Origin: Eledone cirrhosa
Taxonomy: Eukaryota
DNA: 64,000 nt
Direction: 5' to 3'
NCBI GenBank assembly: GCA_964016885.1
Contig: OZ024761.1
Coordinates: forward strand, 29,140,001-29,204,000
The translations under genes were made by a program, and so were the position numbers. The notes under the pieces are model-generated. The model worked only from the letters and a program-made list of their open reading frames with translations. It ran no database searches and had not been told where the DNA came from. Of the stretch, positions 13,401 through 26,789 are shown piece by piece; position 1 is the first letter of the stretch, and every line of letters begins with the position of its first letter.

Positions 13401-13773
13401 CAGCACATGAGCCCCCCCCCCCCCCCATTTGCTCACAATAGTGAGAGATGTGGAGAGCTGGAAAGGTCAGAGGCAGTGACAGTAGGAGTTTGGTTCTTTT
13501 CTGTTCAGACTTTCAGGTCTATATATGTGCGTATATATAAAAGAGAACTGAGTCTTACCTCACTTTTTATCGTTGTAGTGTTTGTTTAAATATTTGTATA
13601 TAAATATTGTTGTTATGAAACCTGGCTATGTTCAGCTTACATGTAATGTAGAGATCAAATAAGTCAGAAGTCAGTAGTTCTACACTGACCTACGATTTAT
13701 TATTATATATGTGTGGTGGAGGGGGGTATATAAAAACAACATCACAAACTCAAGACAAATAGTTTAAATGTCC

Positions 13774-13830
<57 letters not shown>

Positions 13831-13873
13831 TTATATATATAGAATACACAAGAATCAAAGCTGTTAGAACATT

Positions 13874-13927
13874 TAATTGCTGACAATTGTTTCTTCCAAG
13901 CCTAGGCTTGGAGTCTTCAGAGCATTA
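13874..13927 (-). ncRNA. Type I hammerhead ribozyme (PLE-type)
   Basis: Minus strand reads tgct CTGAAGA cTCCAAGC-CTAG-GCTTGGAa GAAAC AATT GTC agca; palindromic stem III ACAATTGT and a GUC site. Confidence 0.75.
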
Positions 13928-14624
13928 TTAATAATGTATGTATATATAATATACATATATACATACATATATATATATATATATACACACACATTATATA
14001 TATATATTATAAATACATATATATATTATATATATACACACACATATATATATATATTTATATATATATACATACACATATATATATATTTGTAGATATA
14101 CACACACATATATATATTTATGTATATACACACATATATATATATATATATTTATATATATACACACACATATATATATATATTTATATATATACACACA
14201 CATATATATATATATTTATATATATACACACACATATATATATTTGTATATATATACACATACGTATATATGGCAGTGAAATATTAGACGTTCTTGTGAA
14301 GTAAAGCAATTATGATGACTGTAGATGCTGTGAAATGGAGACTTGTGAAGAAAAAAAATTAATTTAAAAGACATTTACTTTTATTTCACTTATAAGACAG
14401 TGGTTTGTGGAGTAATGTAGCAGGGGGTGGTATTGATTGAGGGGATGGGTTACCTTGGGAGGGGCATTTTCATAGGTGGGAGGGAACACTTTTGGGTCTG
14501 ATGTATATATTTGAGTATATAGAGGAGGAGAAGTGCCAGAGAGGTGGGGATCAAACCCAAGAGCTGCCCCCAACAAGTCAGCCTAGCTAAGCTAAAATTT
14601 TCCTCTCAGTTCATCACTTTCTTT

Positions 14625-15335
14625 GTTTGTTTTCTGTCTCCATATGTCTAACTTGAGCCACTATCTCAGACATTGCTCCTCTCAACTTAAGCTTGTTTTC
14701 ATCTCCATATGTCTAACTGATCTTCTTTCTCAGACATTTCTCTGCTCAACTTAAACTTGTTTTCATCTCCATATGTCTGAGCCACTGTCCAGACATTGCT
14801 CCACTCAACTTAAACTTGTTTTCTTCTTCATGTCTGAGCCATTATCTTAGACATTGCTCTGCCCAATTTAAACTTGTTTTCCTCTCCATATGTCTAACTG
14901 AGCCACTGGCTTAGACATTGCTCCACTCAACTGAAACTTGTTTTCCTCTCCATATGTCTAATTTGAGCCTCTTTCTCAGACATTGCTCTGCTCAACTTAA
15001 ATTTGTTTTCATCTCCATATGTCTAGCTGAGCCACTGTCAAAGACATTGCTCTGATCAACTTAAACTTGTTTTCATCTCCATATGTCTAACTGATCTTCT
15101 TTCTCAGATATTTCTCCACTCAACTTAAACTTGTTTTCATCTCCATTTGTCTGAGCCACTGTCTCAGATATTGCTCCACTCAACTTAAACTTGTTTTCTT
15201 CTTCATGTCTGAGCCATTAACTTAGACATTGCTCCGTTCAACTTAAACTTGTTTTCCTCGCCATATGTCTAACTGAGCCTCTTTCTCACACATCACTCTG
15301 TTTCACTTTACATTCGTTTTGATCTCCATAAGACA
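14625..15335. repeat. ~60-65-bp minisatellite, about 11 units, with higher-order structure
   Basis: Unit catatgtctaactgagccact..cagacattgctc..ctcaacttaaacttgttttcatctc. Confidence 0.9.
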
Positions 15336-16925
15336 TGATCATCTGATCTGGCTTCTCTCACAATGGGACAACTCATCTAAACCATGCTAGCATGGAAAAA
15401 TGGACTTTAACTGAGCTGCTTTCTTACACATCACTAAACTTAATGTGTTTAACATCTATTTTTCTATGCTTTTCCATGGGTTAGACGGGTTGTCCATATT
15501 ATGAGACAAGGCTGGTCAGTTGACCACGCTGTAACTTGCTCAAACAGAACTGAATTTTTTGCAGGGTTTTTTTTACAGCTGGATGACCTTCCTAACACTA
15601 ACCACATTTACTGTATGGTGAAAGATTCTTCCAGCTTAGAAAAACGATAGCCAGGGTAGGCCAAGCCCAGCCCAGCTCAGCTCAATCGACTTCATCAATC
15701 TCACAGCCCTAATCTCTAACTCTTTCATAAAACACACAAGAATGTAGCAGTAGCAGCACCTTCCTCATCTTCCTCTTCAAATGTTACTGTCAATATCGAA
15801 TGACAACAATAATGGCAGCATTCATTCCAGAAATGGTTTCTAGATTCCTGTCTCACTTTCTAACTGGATTCCTCATTCAAGCTTTAATTAGATTTTGCTT
15901 ATATATATATATATGTGTGTGTGTGGTTTATATGTGTGTGGTTTATATGTATGTGTATGTGTGTGTGTGTGTTTCTGTGGGGTTTGTGTATGTGTGTGTG
16001 TGGGTACTTAGATGTATATGTGTGTATATATGTATGTGTGTGTGTATATATATATATGTATGTGTATAGTTTGTGTATGTACGTATACATGTGTGTGTGT
16101 ATGTATATATATATATATATATATATAAATATATATATATAAATGAATATATAAATATATATATATACATATATGTGTATATATATCCCCATGTGTGTCT
16201 ATGTGTGTATATATATATATATATATACACACACATATATAGAGATAGATGTATATACAAACACACACACGTGTATATTTAGTGTGTTTCTTTGATTTGA
16301 TCGGCAGATCAAACATCAATAAAGTACAATCGATCAGAATACGTTGCCGCCTGCTTTATTATTACTGTTATTGTCACTGTTATTGTTGCTACTACTACTA
16401 CCACTACTACCACTACTACTACTGCTGCTACTACTACTACTGCTGCTACTCCTGTTGCTACTACTACTGCTACTACTACTACTACTACTGCTACTTCTGT
16501 TGCTACTACGACTACTACTGCTGCTGCTACTACTACTACTACTACTTCTGTTGCTACCACTACTACCACTACTACTACTGCTGCTACTACTACTACTGCT
16601 GCTACTCCTGTTGCTACTACTACTGCTACTACTACTACTACTACTGCTACTTCTGTTACTACTATGACTACTACTGGTGCTACTTCTGTTGCTACTACTA
16701 CTACTACTACTACTACTACTGCTACTTCTGTTGCTACTACTACTACTACTGCTGCTGCTACTTCTGTTGCTGCTACTACTACTACTACTGCTGCTGCTAC
16801 TTCTGTTGCTACTACTACTACTGCTACTGCTGCTACTACTACTACTACTACTACTTCTGTTGCTACTACTACTACTACTACTACTACTTCTGTTGCTACT
16901 GCTACTACTGCTGCTACGACTGCTG

Positions 16926-16956
<31 letters not shown>

Positions 16957-17214
16957 GCATTTTTCAGCTAAGTACACTGGAGCAACATGAAATGAAGTGT
17001 TTTACTCAAGAACGCATCTCAGCCCAGGAAACAAACCCACGACATTATGATTGTAAGCCCAGTACCTTTACCACTAGGCCTTGCACAGCTACTTAAAACA
17101 GTTGAGTACACTAGAGCAATGGGAAATGAAGTGTTTAGCTCAAGAACACAACACGTAACCCAGCCCGTGGATTAAATCAAACACCCTTACCACTGCGCCT
17201 CCACTCCATTTGTG

Positions 17215-18030
17215 GCAACTATATTTTCAAATTTCATATTTACTCAATACTTTGTAAATTACTCAACTATTTCTATAGTTATCTGCATCGCGGCAACTAT
17301 ATTTTCAAATTTCAAACTTCCTTAATCCTTTGCAAATTATGCAAATATAACAACCAGCAGCAATCACAAGGGATGTTGTGGCATTGATCCTTAGTTATGT
17401 TAAATAAATACAAATGAGAAAAAGAAGGGAGGGATGAGATGATTAGAAAGAATTCTTTATAGATATCAACTATTTCTATAGTTATCTGCATTGCGGCAAC
17501 TATATTTTCAAATTTCAAACTTTCTCAATCCTTTGCAAATTATGCAAATATAACAACCAGCAGTAATCACAAGGGATGTTGTGGCATTGATCCTGTTACG
17601 AGTTAAGTGTGGGATGAGATGGTTAGAAAGAATTCTTTATAGATATCAACTATTTCTATAGTTATCTGCATTGCGGCAACTATATTTTCAAATTTCAAAC
17701 TTTCTCAATCCTTTGCAAATTATGCAAATATAACAACCAGCAGTAATCACAAGGGATGTTGTGGCATTGATCCTGTTACAAGTTAAGAGTGGAATGAGAC
17801 GATTAGAAAGAATTCTTTATAGATATCAACTATTTCTATAGTTATCTGCATTGCGGCAACTATATTTTCAAATTTCAAACTTCCTTAATCATTTGCAAAT
17901 TATTCAAATATAACAACCAGCAGTAATCACAAGGGATGTTGTGGCATTGATCCTTAGTTACGTTAAATAAATACAAATGAGAAACAAAGGGAGGGAGGGA
18001 TGAGACGGCTTGATGGCTGTGTCCTTTCAC
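17215..18030. repeat. 180-bp tandem repeat, about 4 units
   Basis: Identical 60-mers begin at 17461, 17641 and 17821. Confidence 0.95.
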
Positions 18031-18454
18031 AAGAACACATCAATTAAAGCCAGAAAAGTAGAATAGTGGTAACTCTCTAAGGTATATTGTTAATGATTAC
18101 AAATGATGTTGTGGTATTCATCCTGATTATAGTAAATTAATGAGAGAGAAGAGAAAAGGTGAAGAATGGCAATGTCTTTTCTCAAGAGTATATAGGGAAG
18201 TGATTCAGTATTAACCCTATCAACTGTAATTGTTAATAATTCCTGTAGCTTCAAATATTATATATACATTCATTAGGGAGGATGAAAACTATAAAATTGA
18301 AAGCCTGGACGAACTCTAAGAAATCTTTGTATTTGAACAGGATTATTGTATGCCAGTAATTATAATATCTGCTACTTGTTACAGAATTATTAATATTTCA
18401 ATAATCTTTCTCTTGCTTTCTTTTACTTTACACACACACATATTACATATATAT

Positions 18455-18850
18455 CATCATCATCATCATCATCATCAACGTTTAACGTCCGTGTTCCACG
18501 CTTGCATGGGTTTGGACGGGGGTAGTCCCACTTGAGGCAAGAGTGATTGTCTTGCTCGCATAGGACTGTCTGGCGGGTTTTCTACAGTTGGATGCCCTTC
18601 CTAACACCAACCACATTTACAGTGTGGGTCTGGGAGGTTTTTACCGTGTTGCCTACACGGCCACATTACAGCGTGGACTGTGTGTTTTTTTGTCGTGACA
18701 CCTACACGATCTCATTTGTTTCGGCCTGGATGGCGCGGCACCAACATAACTTTACATAGAACGGGGTGGTGTGGATGGGGTGGGGGTGGTGGCGGGACGG
18801 GGTGTAGTTTGTTAGAGATGCCTACTGGCAAGGCGGGTCTTCTCTGTTAC
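18455..18850 (-). mobile_element. RTE LINE 3' UTR fragment
   Basis: Closely similar to 46086-46490, the 3' UTR of the RTE copy; (CAT)n tail. Confidence 0.8.
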
Positions 18851-18854
18851 TGAG

Positions 18855-18887
<33 letters not shown>

Positions 18888-19002
18888 ATATATATATATC
18901 ACATCATCATCATCATCATCACCGTTTAATGCCCATTTTTCCACACTATATATATGCAGAGAGAGAGAGTGGGACTTCATATATACATATATATATATAT
19001 AT

Positions 19003-19200
19003 ATAGGAACGAGTAGGACCTCGACGGCTGAGCTCAAGCCGTTTCGACGGCTAATTCTGGCTAGTCCAGAATTAGCCGTCGAAACGGCTTGAGCTCAGCC
19101 GTCGGGGTCCTACTCCTTCCTATTACCCACTCTACTACCCTAAGTATTGAGTACTTTGGTGCGTTATGGTCCACCTGGTTCCTTACCACATTCCCATCGT

Positions 19201-19201
<1 letters not shown>
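19003..19201 (+). mobile_element. HHR-family A fold-back repeat in (TA)n
   Basis: Near-perfect palindrome 19003-19123 (loop ctagt) containing GAAAC GGCTtgagctcAGCC GTC ggggtcc, then the shared tail. Confidence 0.8.
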
Positions 19202-19233
<32 letters not shown>

Positions 19234-19463
19234 GTGAGGGTTTTTTTACAAAATGAAAAATAACCGAGGTGTCCTACATGAGTGAAAGTATAAAGAAAAA
19301 AAGATGAAATCGAAAATGCAACTGGAGTTGCATATATATATATATATATATATACAAACACATATATACACACACACATATATATACATATATACATATA
19401 CAAATATATATACACACACACATATATATATATATATGTATATTTATATACATACATATATGC

Positions 19464-19498
<35 letters not shown>

Positions 19499-19575
19499 CA
19501 TATATGTGTATACATATACATATATATATCTCTCTATATATATATGTGTATACACATATATGTATGTATATATAT

Positions 19576-19915
19576 ATGGCTTAGTGGTTAGCATTGGCCT
19601 TGCAATCGAAAGGTTGTGAGTTCAATTCTCAGACCAGGTGATGTGTTGTTTCCTTGAGCAAGACACTTTATTTCACATAGCTCCAGTTTACTCAGCTGTA
19701 GAAATGAGATGATAGGGACTGGGGTCCATATCATTCCACTGCAAAGTGGTCGTGGAGGTGCCACGGCAAAAAAGCACCCAGCACTCACTGTAAATGAGGT
19801 TGGTGTTAGGAACGGCATCCAGCTGTAAAAATCAAGCCAGAATCAGTTCCCGTCCCACCCTTGCAAGCAGGGAAAAAGCGGACGTAAAATGAAATGATGA
19901 TGATGATGATGATGA
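19576..19915 (+). mobile_element. CORE-type SINE family 1
   Basis: Near-identical to 2433-2833. Confidence 0.85.
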
Positions 19916-20108
19916 TATATATGTATGTATGTATGTATATGAATATATATATAGATTAATGTTTAGTGGTTCACCACTGGATAAAACTGATCATTCCACT
20001 GCAACAATAACACTTATTTCGCAGGCAATTTCCAAATTAAATATTTTCTATATTCTCTCTGTTTATGTTTGCTGTAATTCTTTTAATGATTAACTAATTA
20101 TGCAATCC

Positions 20109-20166
20109 ACACCTGATGATATCACCAGAATCTTACGTAACCAGGTCATTGAAATATATATAGTGT
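20109..20166 (+). ncRNA. Type I hammerhead ribozyme, stem II partly decayed
   Basis: acac CTGATGA tatcacc...ggtcatt GAAA TATAT ATA gtgt. Confidence 0.6.
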
Positions 20167-20309
20167 TTTTGTAACAATCAAAAATTAAAGGAATATCACC
20201 CGTCAGGCCTTCTGTTATTATAATCAAACTAATTATATATAGTTGAAAGTGAACAAACAAAATGCAGGAGGCAATTGTACACAGTTATATTAGGTGGAAG
20301 TGGAGGAAG

Positions 20310-20345
20310 TTTCGACGTTTCGGACAGAAGTCCTTCATCAGGAAA
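20310..20345 (-). ncRNA. Minimal type I hammerhead ribozyme (PLE-type)
   Basis: Minus strand reads tttc CTGATGA a GGAC-TTCT-GTCC GAAAC GTC gaaa; stem III is reduced to the ACGT palindrome. Confidence 0.7.
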
Positions 20346-20551
20346 GTTTGGATAGGGGGAGAACAGAAACTCTGAGGAGGAGTAATGGAGGGTTAAGGAG
20401 GGAAGTTAAAAAGTAAAAGATAGAAAACGGAATAATTATATATATATGTGAAAAAGTCTAAAGTCTGTCTTAAGCCAGAAAGCTCATTTGGATGGTGCTT
20501 ATCCCGATTTCATGGTGTGAAACAACTGAGAGTACAAGATTCCCCCCTAGG

Positions 20552-20715
20552 CAGGGCCGTCTTAACGCATGAGCAGGCTGGGCAGTTGCCCGGGGGCCCC
20601 ACGAGGATGGGGAGGACCATTTGTATTTTTATTCCTGTGGGTGGTTGTGTAGGTAGGGACTCCAGTACTCTGCTTTGCCCGGGGGGGGGGGTATAATGCT
20701 GTTAAAACGGCCCTC
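20552..20715. mobile_element. hAT-type MITE with 8-bp target-site duplication
   Basis: TIRs CAGGGCCGTCTTAAC / GTTAAAACGGCCCTC; flanks cccctagg / tccctagg. Confidence 0.75.
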
Positions 20716-20997
20716 TCCCTAGGAGAGCAGTAACCCCCAAATATGATTTTATAGGGCAGGGGGGTGGAATGAGAAGGAGATAGAGGGAAACTGACAAGAA
20801 GAAGAAGAAGGGTGAGAAGAAGAAGAAGAAGAAGAAGAAGAAGAAGAAGAAGGGTGAGAAAAGAAGGGTGAGGAGGAGGTGGAGGAGGAGGAATGAAACC
20901 AAAAAAACAAGGGCAATGTTTAATGTCACCACAAGTTGTTAGATAAAGGTAGAGGGAAAATAAAGCTCTTTATCACTTGTGGACAGGATATTGTTGT

Positions 20998-22338
20998 TAC
21001 TACTACTACTACTGCTAATACTACCACTACCACTACAACTACTACTAATAATAATACTACTAATACCACTACTATTGCTAATACTACTACTACCACTACT
21101 ACTGCTACTAATAATACTACTACTACCAATACCACTACTATAACTAATACTACTACTACTAATAACCCTACTACTACTACTACCTCCTTCCCATCACCAG
21201 CCCCACCACCGTTGGCTTCAACACCACCACCACCACAAACAATACCACCACCGCCACCACAACCACCACTAACTACCAATACCACCACCACAACCACCAA
21301 AACTACCACAACTACCACCACCACCACAACAACTACCACCACCACTAAAACTACCACCACCACCACCACCACCACCACCACCACCACCACAACTACCACG
21401 ACCACCACCACTACCACTACCACCACCACCACCACAACTACCACCACCACCACCACCAGCACAGCTACCAATACCACCACCACCACCACAACTACCAATA
21501 CCACCACCACCACCACAACTACCACCACCACCACCACAACTACCAATACCACCACCACAACTACCACCACCACCACCACAACTACCAATACCACCACCAC
21601 AACTACCACCACCACCACCACCACCACAACTACCAATACCACCACCACCACCACAACTACCACCACCACCACCACAACTACCAATACCACCACCACAACT
21701 ACCACCACCACAACTACCAATACTACCACCACCACCACCACAACTACCACCACCAACACCACAACTACCAATACCACCACCACAACTACCACCACCACAA
21801 CTACCAATAACACCACCACCACCACCACCACAACTACCAATACCACCACCACCACCACCACCACAACTACCAATACCACCACCACCACCACCACAACTAC
21901 CACCACCACCACCACAACTACCACCACCACCACCACAACTACCAATACCACCACCACCACCACAACTATCACCACCACCACCACAACTACCAATACCACC
22001 ACCACCACCACCACAACTACCACCACCACCACCACAACTACCACCACCACCACCACCACCACCACAACTACCACCACCACCACCACAACTACCAATACCA
22101 CCACCACCACCACAACTACCAATACCACCACCACCACAACTACCACCACCACAACTACCACCACCACCACCACCACCACAACTACCACCACCACCACCAC
22201 CACCACAACTACCACCACCACCACCACCACCACCACAACTACCACCACCACAACTACCAATACCACCACCACCACCACCACAACTACCAATACCACCACC
22301 ACCACCACCACAACTACCAATACCACCACCACCACCAC
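20998..22338. repeat. (ACC/ACT/ACA)n trinucleotide expansion; similar tracts at 1-680, 5945-6660, 16385-16956, 40660-41390, 42700-43920, 55570-56520 and 58065-58790
   Basis: Direct reading; these tracts generate the poly-Thr/Val/His/Gly ORFs. Confidence 0.95.
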
Positions 22339-23219
22339 AGGTGTAAAGAACCAAAGCTAATCCAATCAATTGTGAGAGAAACTCTATTTCTCTAATCTTG
22401 TACCTTTCACTGTGATTAACACAGCAAATGGGAATAGTGGGGGAGAGGTTTATACACACACACACACATATATATATATATACATATATATATATACATA
22501 TATACGTATATACGTACATTAACACACACACATATATACATAAACACACATATATATATATATATACACATTAACACATATATTTATACACATTAACACA
22601 CACATACACACATACACACACACACACATGTACGCATTAGCACACACACATACACATTAACATATATATATACATATACATATATACGTATATACGTACA
22701 TTAACACACACATATATATATATGTATATACACATTAACACACATATATATATACACATTAACACACACATACACACATCCACATATACACACACATACA
22801 CATGTACGCATTAACACACACACATACACATTAACACACGCATACACATTAACATACACATATATACATTAACACACACATACACATTAACACATACATA
22901 CACATATTAGCACACACATAAACAGTAACATACACATTAACATTCCTATAAACTTATGCACATTAACACACACACATTTTAGATAAAATTATGATGGAGA
23001 ATTTTTAGATGAGATTGGTAAAATTAGTTCCAGTTTGTATCAAGTTACACCTCCAAAAACATATTAACCAATTCTTTACTGATTCCTAGTTAAATATTAA
23101 TAATAATAACTATTTCTACATTAGGCACAAGGCCAGCAATTTTGAGGGAGGGGAAAGTTGATTGAAACGATCCCCAGTGCATTACTGGTGCCTTATTTTA
23201 TCCGACCCCGTTAAGGCAA

Positions 23220-24155
23220 CACAACAAAAAACATCCAGTCCACACTGTAGAGTGATTGTGTAGGTGTCACGATAAAAAACCCCAGCCCACACTGTAAAGT
23301 GGTCCTGTAGGTGTCACGATAAAAAACCCCAGCCCACACTGTAAAGTGGTCCTGTAGGTGTCACGATAAAAAGCACCCAGTCCACACTGTAAAGTGGTTG
23401 TGTAGGTATCACAGCAAAAAGCACCCAGTCCACACTGTAAAGTGGTTGTGTAGGTATCACAGCAAAAAGTACCCAGTTCACACTGTAAAGTGGTTGTGTA
23501 GGTGTCACGACAAAAAGCACCCAGTCCACACTGTAAATTGGTTGTGTAGGTGTCACAACAAAAAGCACCCAGTCCACACTGTAAAGTGCTTGTGTAGGTT
23601 TCACGACAAAAGGCACCCAGTCCACACTGTAAAATAGTATGTAGATGTCACGATAAAAAGCACCTAGTCCACACTACAAAGTGGTTATGTAGGTATCATG
23701 ACAAAAAGCACCCAGTCACACTCTAAAGTGGTCGTGTGGGTGTCACGGCAAAAAGCACCTAGTCCACACTGTAAAGTGGTTGTGTAGGTGTCAAGACAAA
23801 AAGCACCCAGTCCACACGGTAAAGTGGTCATGTAGGTGACATGACAGAAAGCACCAAACCCACACTGTAAAGTGGTCGTGTAGGTGTCACGGCAAAAAGC
23901 ATTCAGTCCACACTGTAATGTGGTTGTGTAAAAGGCACGATAAAAAACAAACACCCAGTCCACACTGTAAAGTGGTCATGTAGGTGTCACAACAAAAAGC
24001 ACCCAGTCCACTCTGTAAAGTGGTCGGTGTTAGGAAAGGCATCCAGTTGTAGAAACAGAGCCAGAATCAGTTTTGTGTGAGCAAGACACAGTCACCTATC
24101 ATAGCTTGGCTCACAATATGATAGTGTGGAAAAATGGACGTTGAACGATGATGAT
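23220..24155 (+). repeat. RTE-type tail with a diverged ~44-bp minisatellite (about 18 units)
   Basis: Unit aaaaagcacccagtccacactgtaaagtggttgtgtaggtgtcacgac, running into gttaggaaaggcatcc..gatgatgat. Confidence 0.85.
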
Positions 24156-24232
24156 ATATAGATATATATATAAAAAAATACTTCAGAAAATACTATATAT
24201 TTTCAAATGTTCAACAGATTGGTACAGCGCTA

Positions 24233-24292
24233 AACAGTCCTGATGAAGGGCAATGACCTAGAAACATGTTGTTGGTTTTCAATGCGACTGTT
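24233..24292 (+). ncRNA. Degenerate hammerhead
   Basis: aacagtc CTGATGA aggg-caatga-ccta GAAAC...gactgtt: perfect 7-bp stem I, but the cleavage triplet reads TGC. Confidence 0.4.
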
Positions 24293-24388
24293 AAACAAAC
24301 AGATGACGATTGGTCACCAAGGCACTGCATAGCTTAGTCAGGCAGTTTGCTTGCAAACAAATCAAATATTATTAGTATTATTCGATAT

Positions 24389-24590
24389 AGGCTGTGGATT
24401 GGCAGTATTGGTAGAAGATCGGAGTGCCATACTTTACAGCATAGAGTTACGTCCCTTTACGGCCTGAGTTTAAATCCTGCCGAGGTTAACTTTGCCTTTC
24501 ACACTTATGGGGTACCTAAAATAAAGTACCAGTAACTTACTGGGATAATTGCTGGCCTTGTGCAAAAAGTAGAAACAATTATTATTATTT
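24389..24590 (+). mobile_element. Meta-type SINE
   Basis: Same family with (ATT)n tail; further relics at ~8130-8283 and ~23105-23215. Confidence 0.75.
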
Positions 24591-24684
24591 GCTATAACCC
24601 ATAGATACATATGTATATATATGTGTGTGTATATATATGTGTGTGTGTATATATATGTGTGTGTGTATGTACGTATATATATAT

Positions 24685-25027
24685 GGAGGCACATGGCTTA
24701 GTGGTTAGAGCATTAGGCTTGCAATCGAAAGGTTGTGAGTTCAATTCTCAGACTGGGTGATGTGTTGTTTCCTTGAGCAAGACACTTTATTTTACATTGC
24801 TCCAGTTTACTCAGCTGTAGAAATGAGATAATAAGGACTGGGGTCCCTATAATTCCACTGTAAAGTGGTCGTGGAGGCGCAATGGCAAAAAAGTACCCAG
24901 CACTCACTGTAAAATGAGGTTGGTGTTAGGAAGGGCATCCAGCTGTAGAAAGCAAGCCAGAATCAGTTCCCATCCCACCCTTGCAAGCAGGGAAAAAGCA
25001 GACATAAAATGAAATGATGATGATGAA
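24685..25027 (+). mobile_element. CORE-type SINE family 1
   Basis: Full-length copy, from ggaggcacatggcttagtgg to (ATG)n. Confidence 0.85.
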
Positions 25028-25128
25028 AATGATATATATGTGAGTGTTTGTGTATATATATATATATGTGTGTGTGTGAGTGTGTATATATATATATATA
25101 TATGTGTGTATATATATATGTGTGTGTG

Positions 25129-25159
<31 letters not shown>

Positions 25160-25717
25160 ATGTATATATATATATCTATATACATAGATATATATATGTA
25201 TGTGTGTGTATATATATATATGTGTGTATATATTATATGTGCGTGTATGTGTGTGTCTGTGTATATATGTACATATATACATTTCATGCACGTATAGTTA
25301 TGTAATCCCATAGAACATGGTTTGTTTTTTAGTCAAACAGTATGGAAATTCAAAATAGTTTATCTTTAATGTAATGCTTAAAAATGTTTAAATTCTATTT
25401 TACTATCACGTACCATTCCAGTTCAGTATTAATTCTATTAAACAGCACAGTTCTACAGTATTCCTTATCGCTTATATTAGATTCAAACATGTTTTGTACT
25501 TGTTATAAATGTATTGCAGCCCATGTAAGGTGCAGAGGTAGTAGCTATATACATATATATATATATATATATTACATATATTTATATACATATATATATA
25601 TATATACATTACATATATTTATATACATATATATATATACATTACATATATTTATATACATATATATATATATACATCATATATATATATATACATCATA
25701 TGTATATATATATATTA

Positions 25718-25749
<32 letters not shown>

Positions 25750-25872
25750 TGTATATATATATATATATTAAAATATATATACATTTTAAATATGTATATA
25801 TGTATATTATATATATGTATGCATTATATATTTATATATATATATATATATTATATATATGCACACACATGC

Positions 25873-25921
<49 letters not shown>

Positions 25922-26237
25922 GATATACAAACACACACAGACACACACGCACACTACACACATATAATCCTTTGTTGATGATTCTATACAAAATACAAAC
26001 TGCACACACACACTGAAACACACACACTGACACACACACGCGTACTACATATCAAATCTAGATTACACATTTGAGGTCGCTGGTGTAGGTAGGGGACATA
26101 TCCCGATATACAGTGCATTCACATTACAGACGTACATACTTTTATCAATGGACATATTAAAAAATTCCTTTTTTTTTTAATTCTTGCTATTGTCAATTAT
26201 ATTAATGTAACTTGCTATGAAACCAACCCATGGTATA

Positions 26238-26282
<45 letters not shown>

Positions 26283-26376
26283 ATATATATGTGTGTGTGT
26301 GTATATATATATATATATGTGTGTGTGTATATATATATATATATATGTGTATATATATATGTATATATATATACAC

Positions 26377-26425
<49 letters not shown>

Positions 26426-26513
26426 CATATATATATATATCTATATATATATATATATGTATGTGTGTATATATATATATATATGTATATATATGTATCT
26501 ATATACACATATA

Positions 26514-26555
<42 letters not shown>

Positions 26556-26571
26556 CATATATATATATATC

Positions 26572-26658
<87 letters not shown>

Positions 26659-26707
26659 TATAAATATATATATACATATAAATATATCTATATATATATA
26701 TACATAT

Positions 26708-26738
<31 letters not shown>

Positions 26739-26739
26739 A

Positions 26740-26789
<50 letters not shown>

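Noticed and set aside
20926-22549. Long Thr/Val/Gly-rich ORFs resembling mucins or keratin-associated proteins (also 5914, 16249, 40631, 43051, 58033)
   Set aside because: Trinucleotide expansions open in several frames on both strands, with no signal peptide, domain or convincing splice sites.
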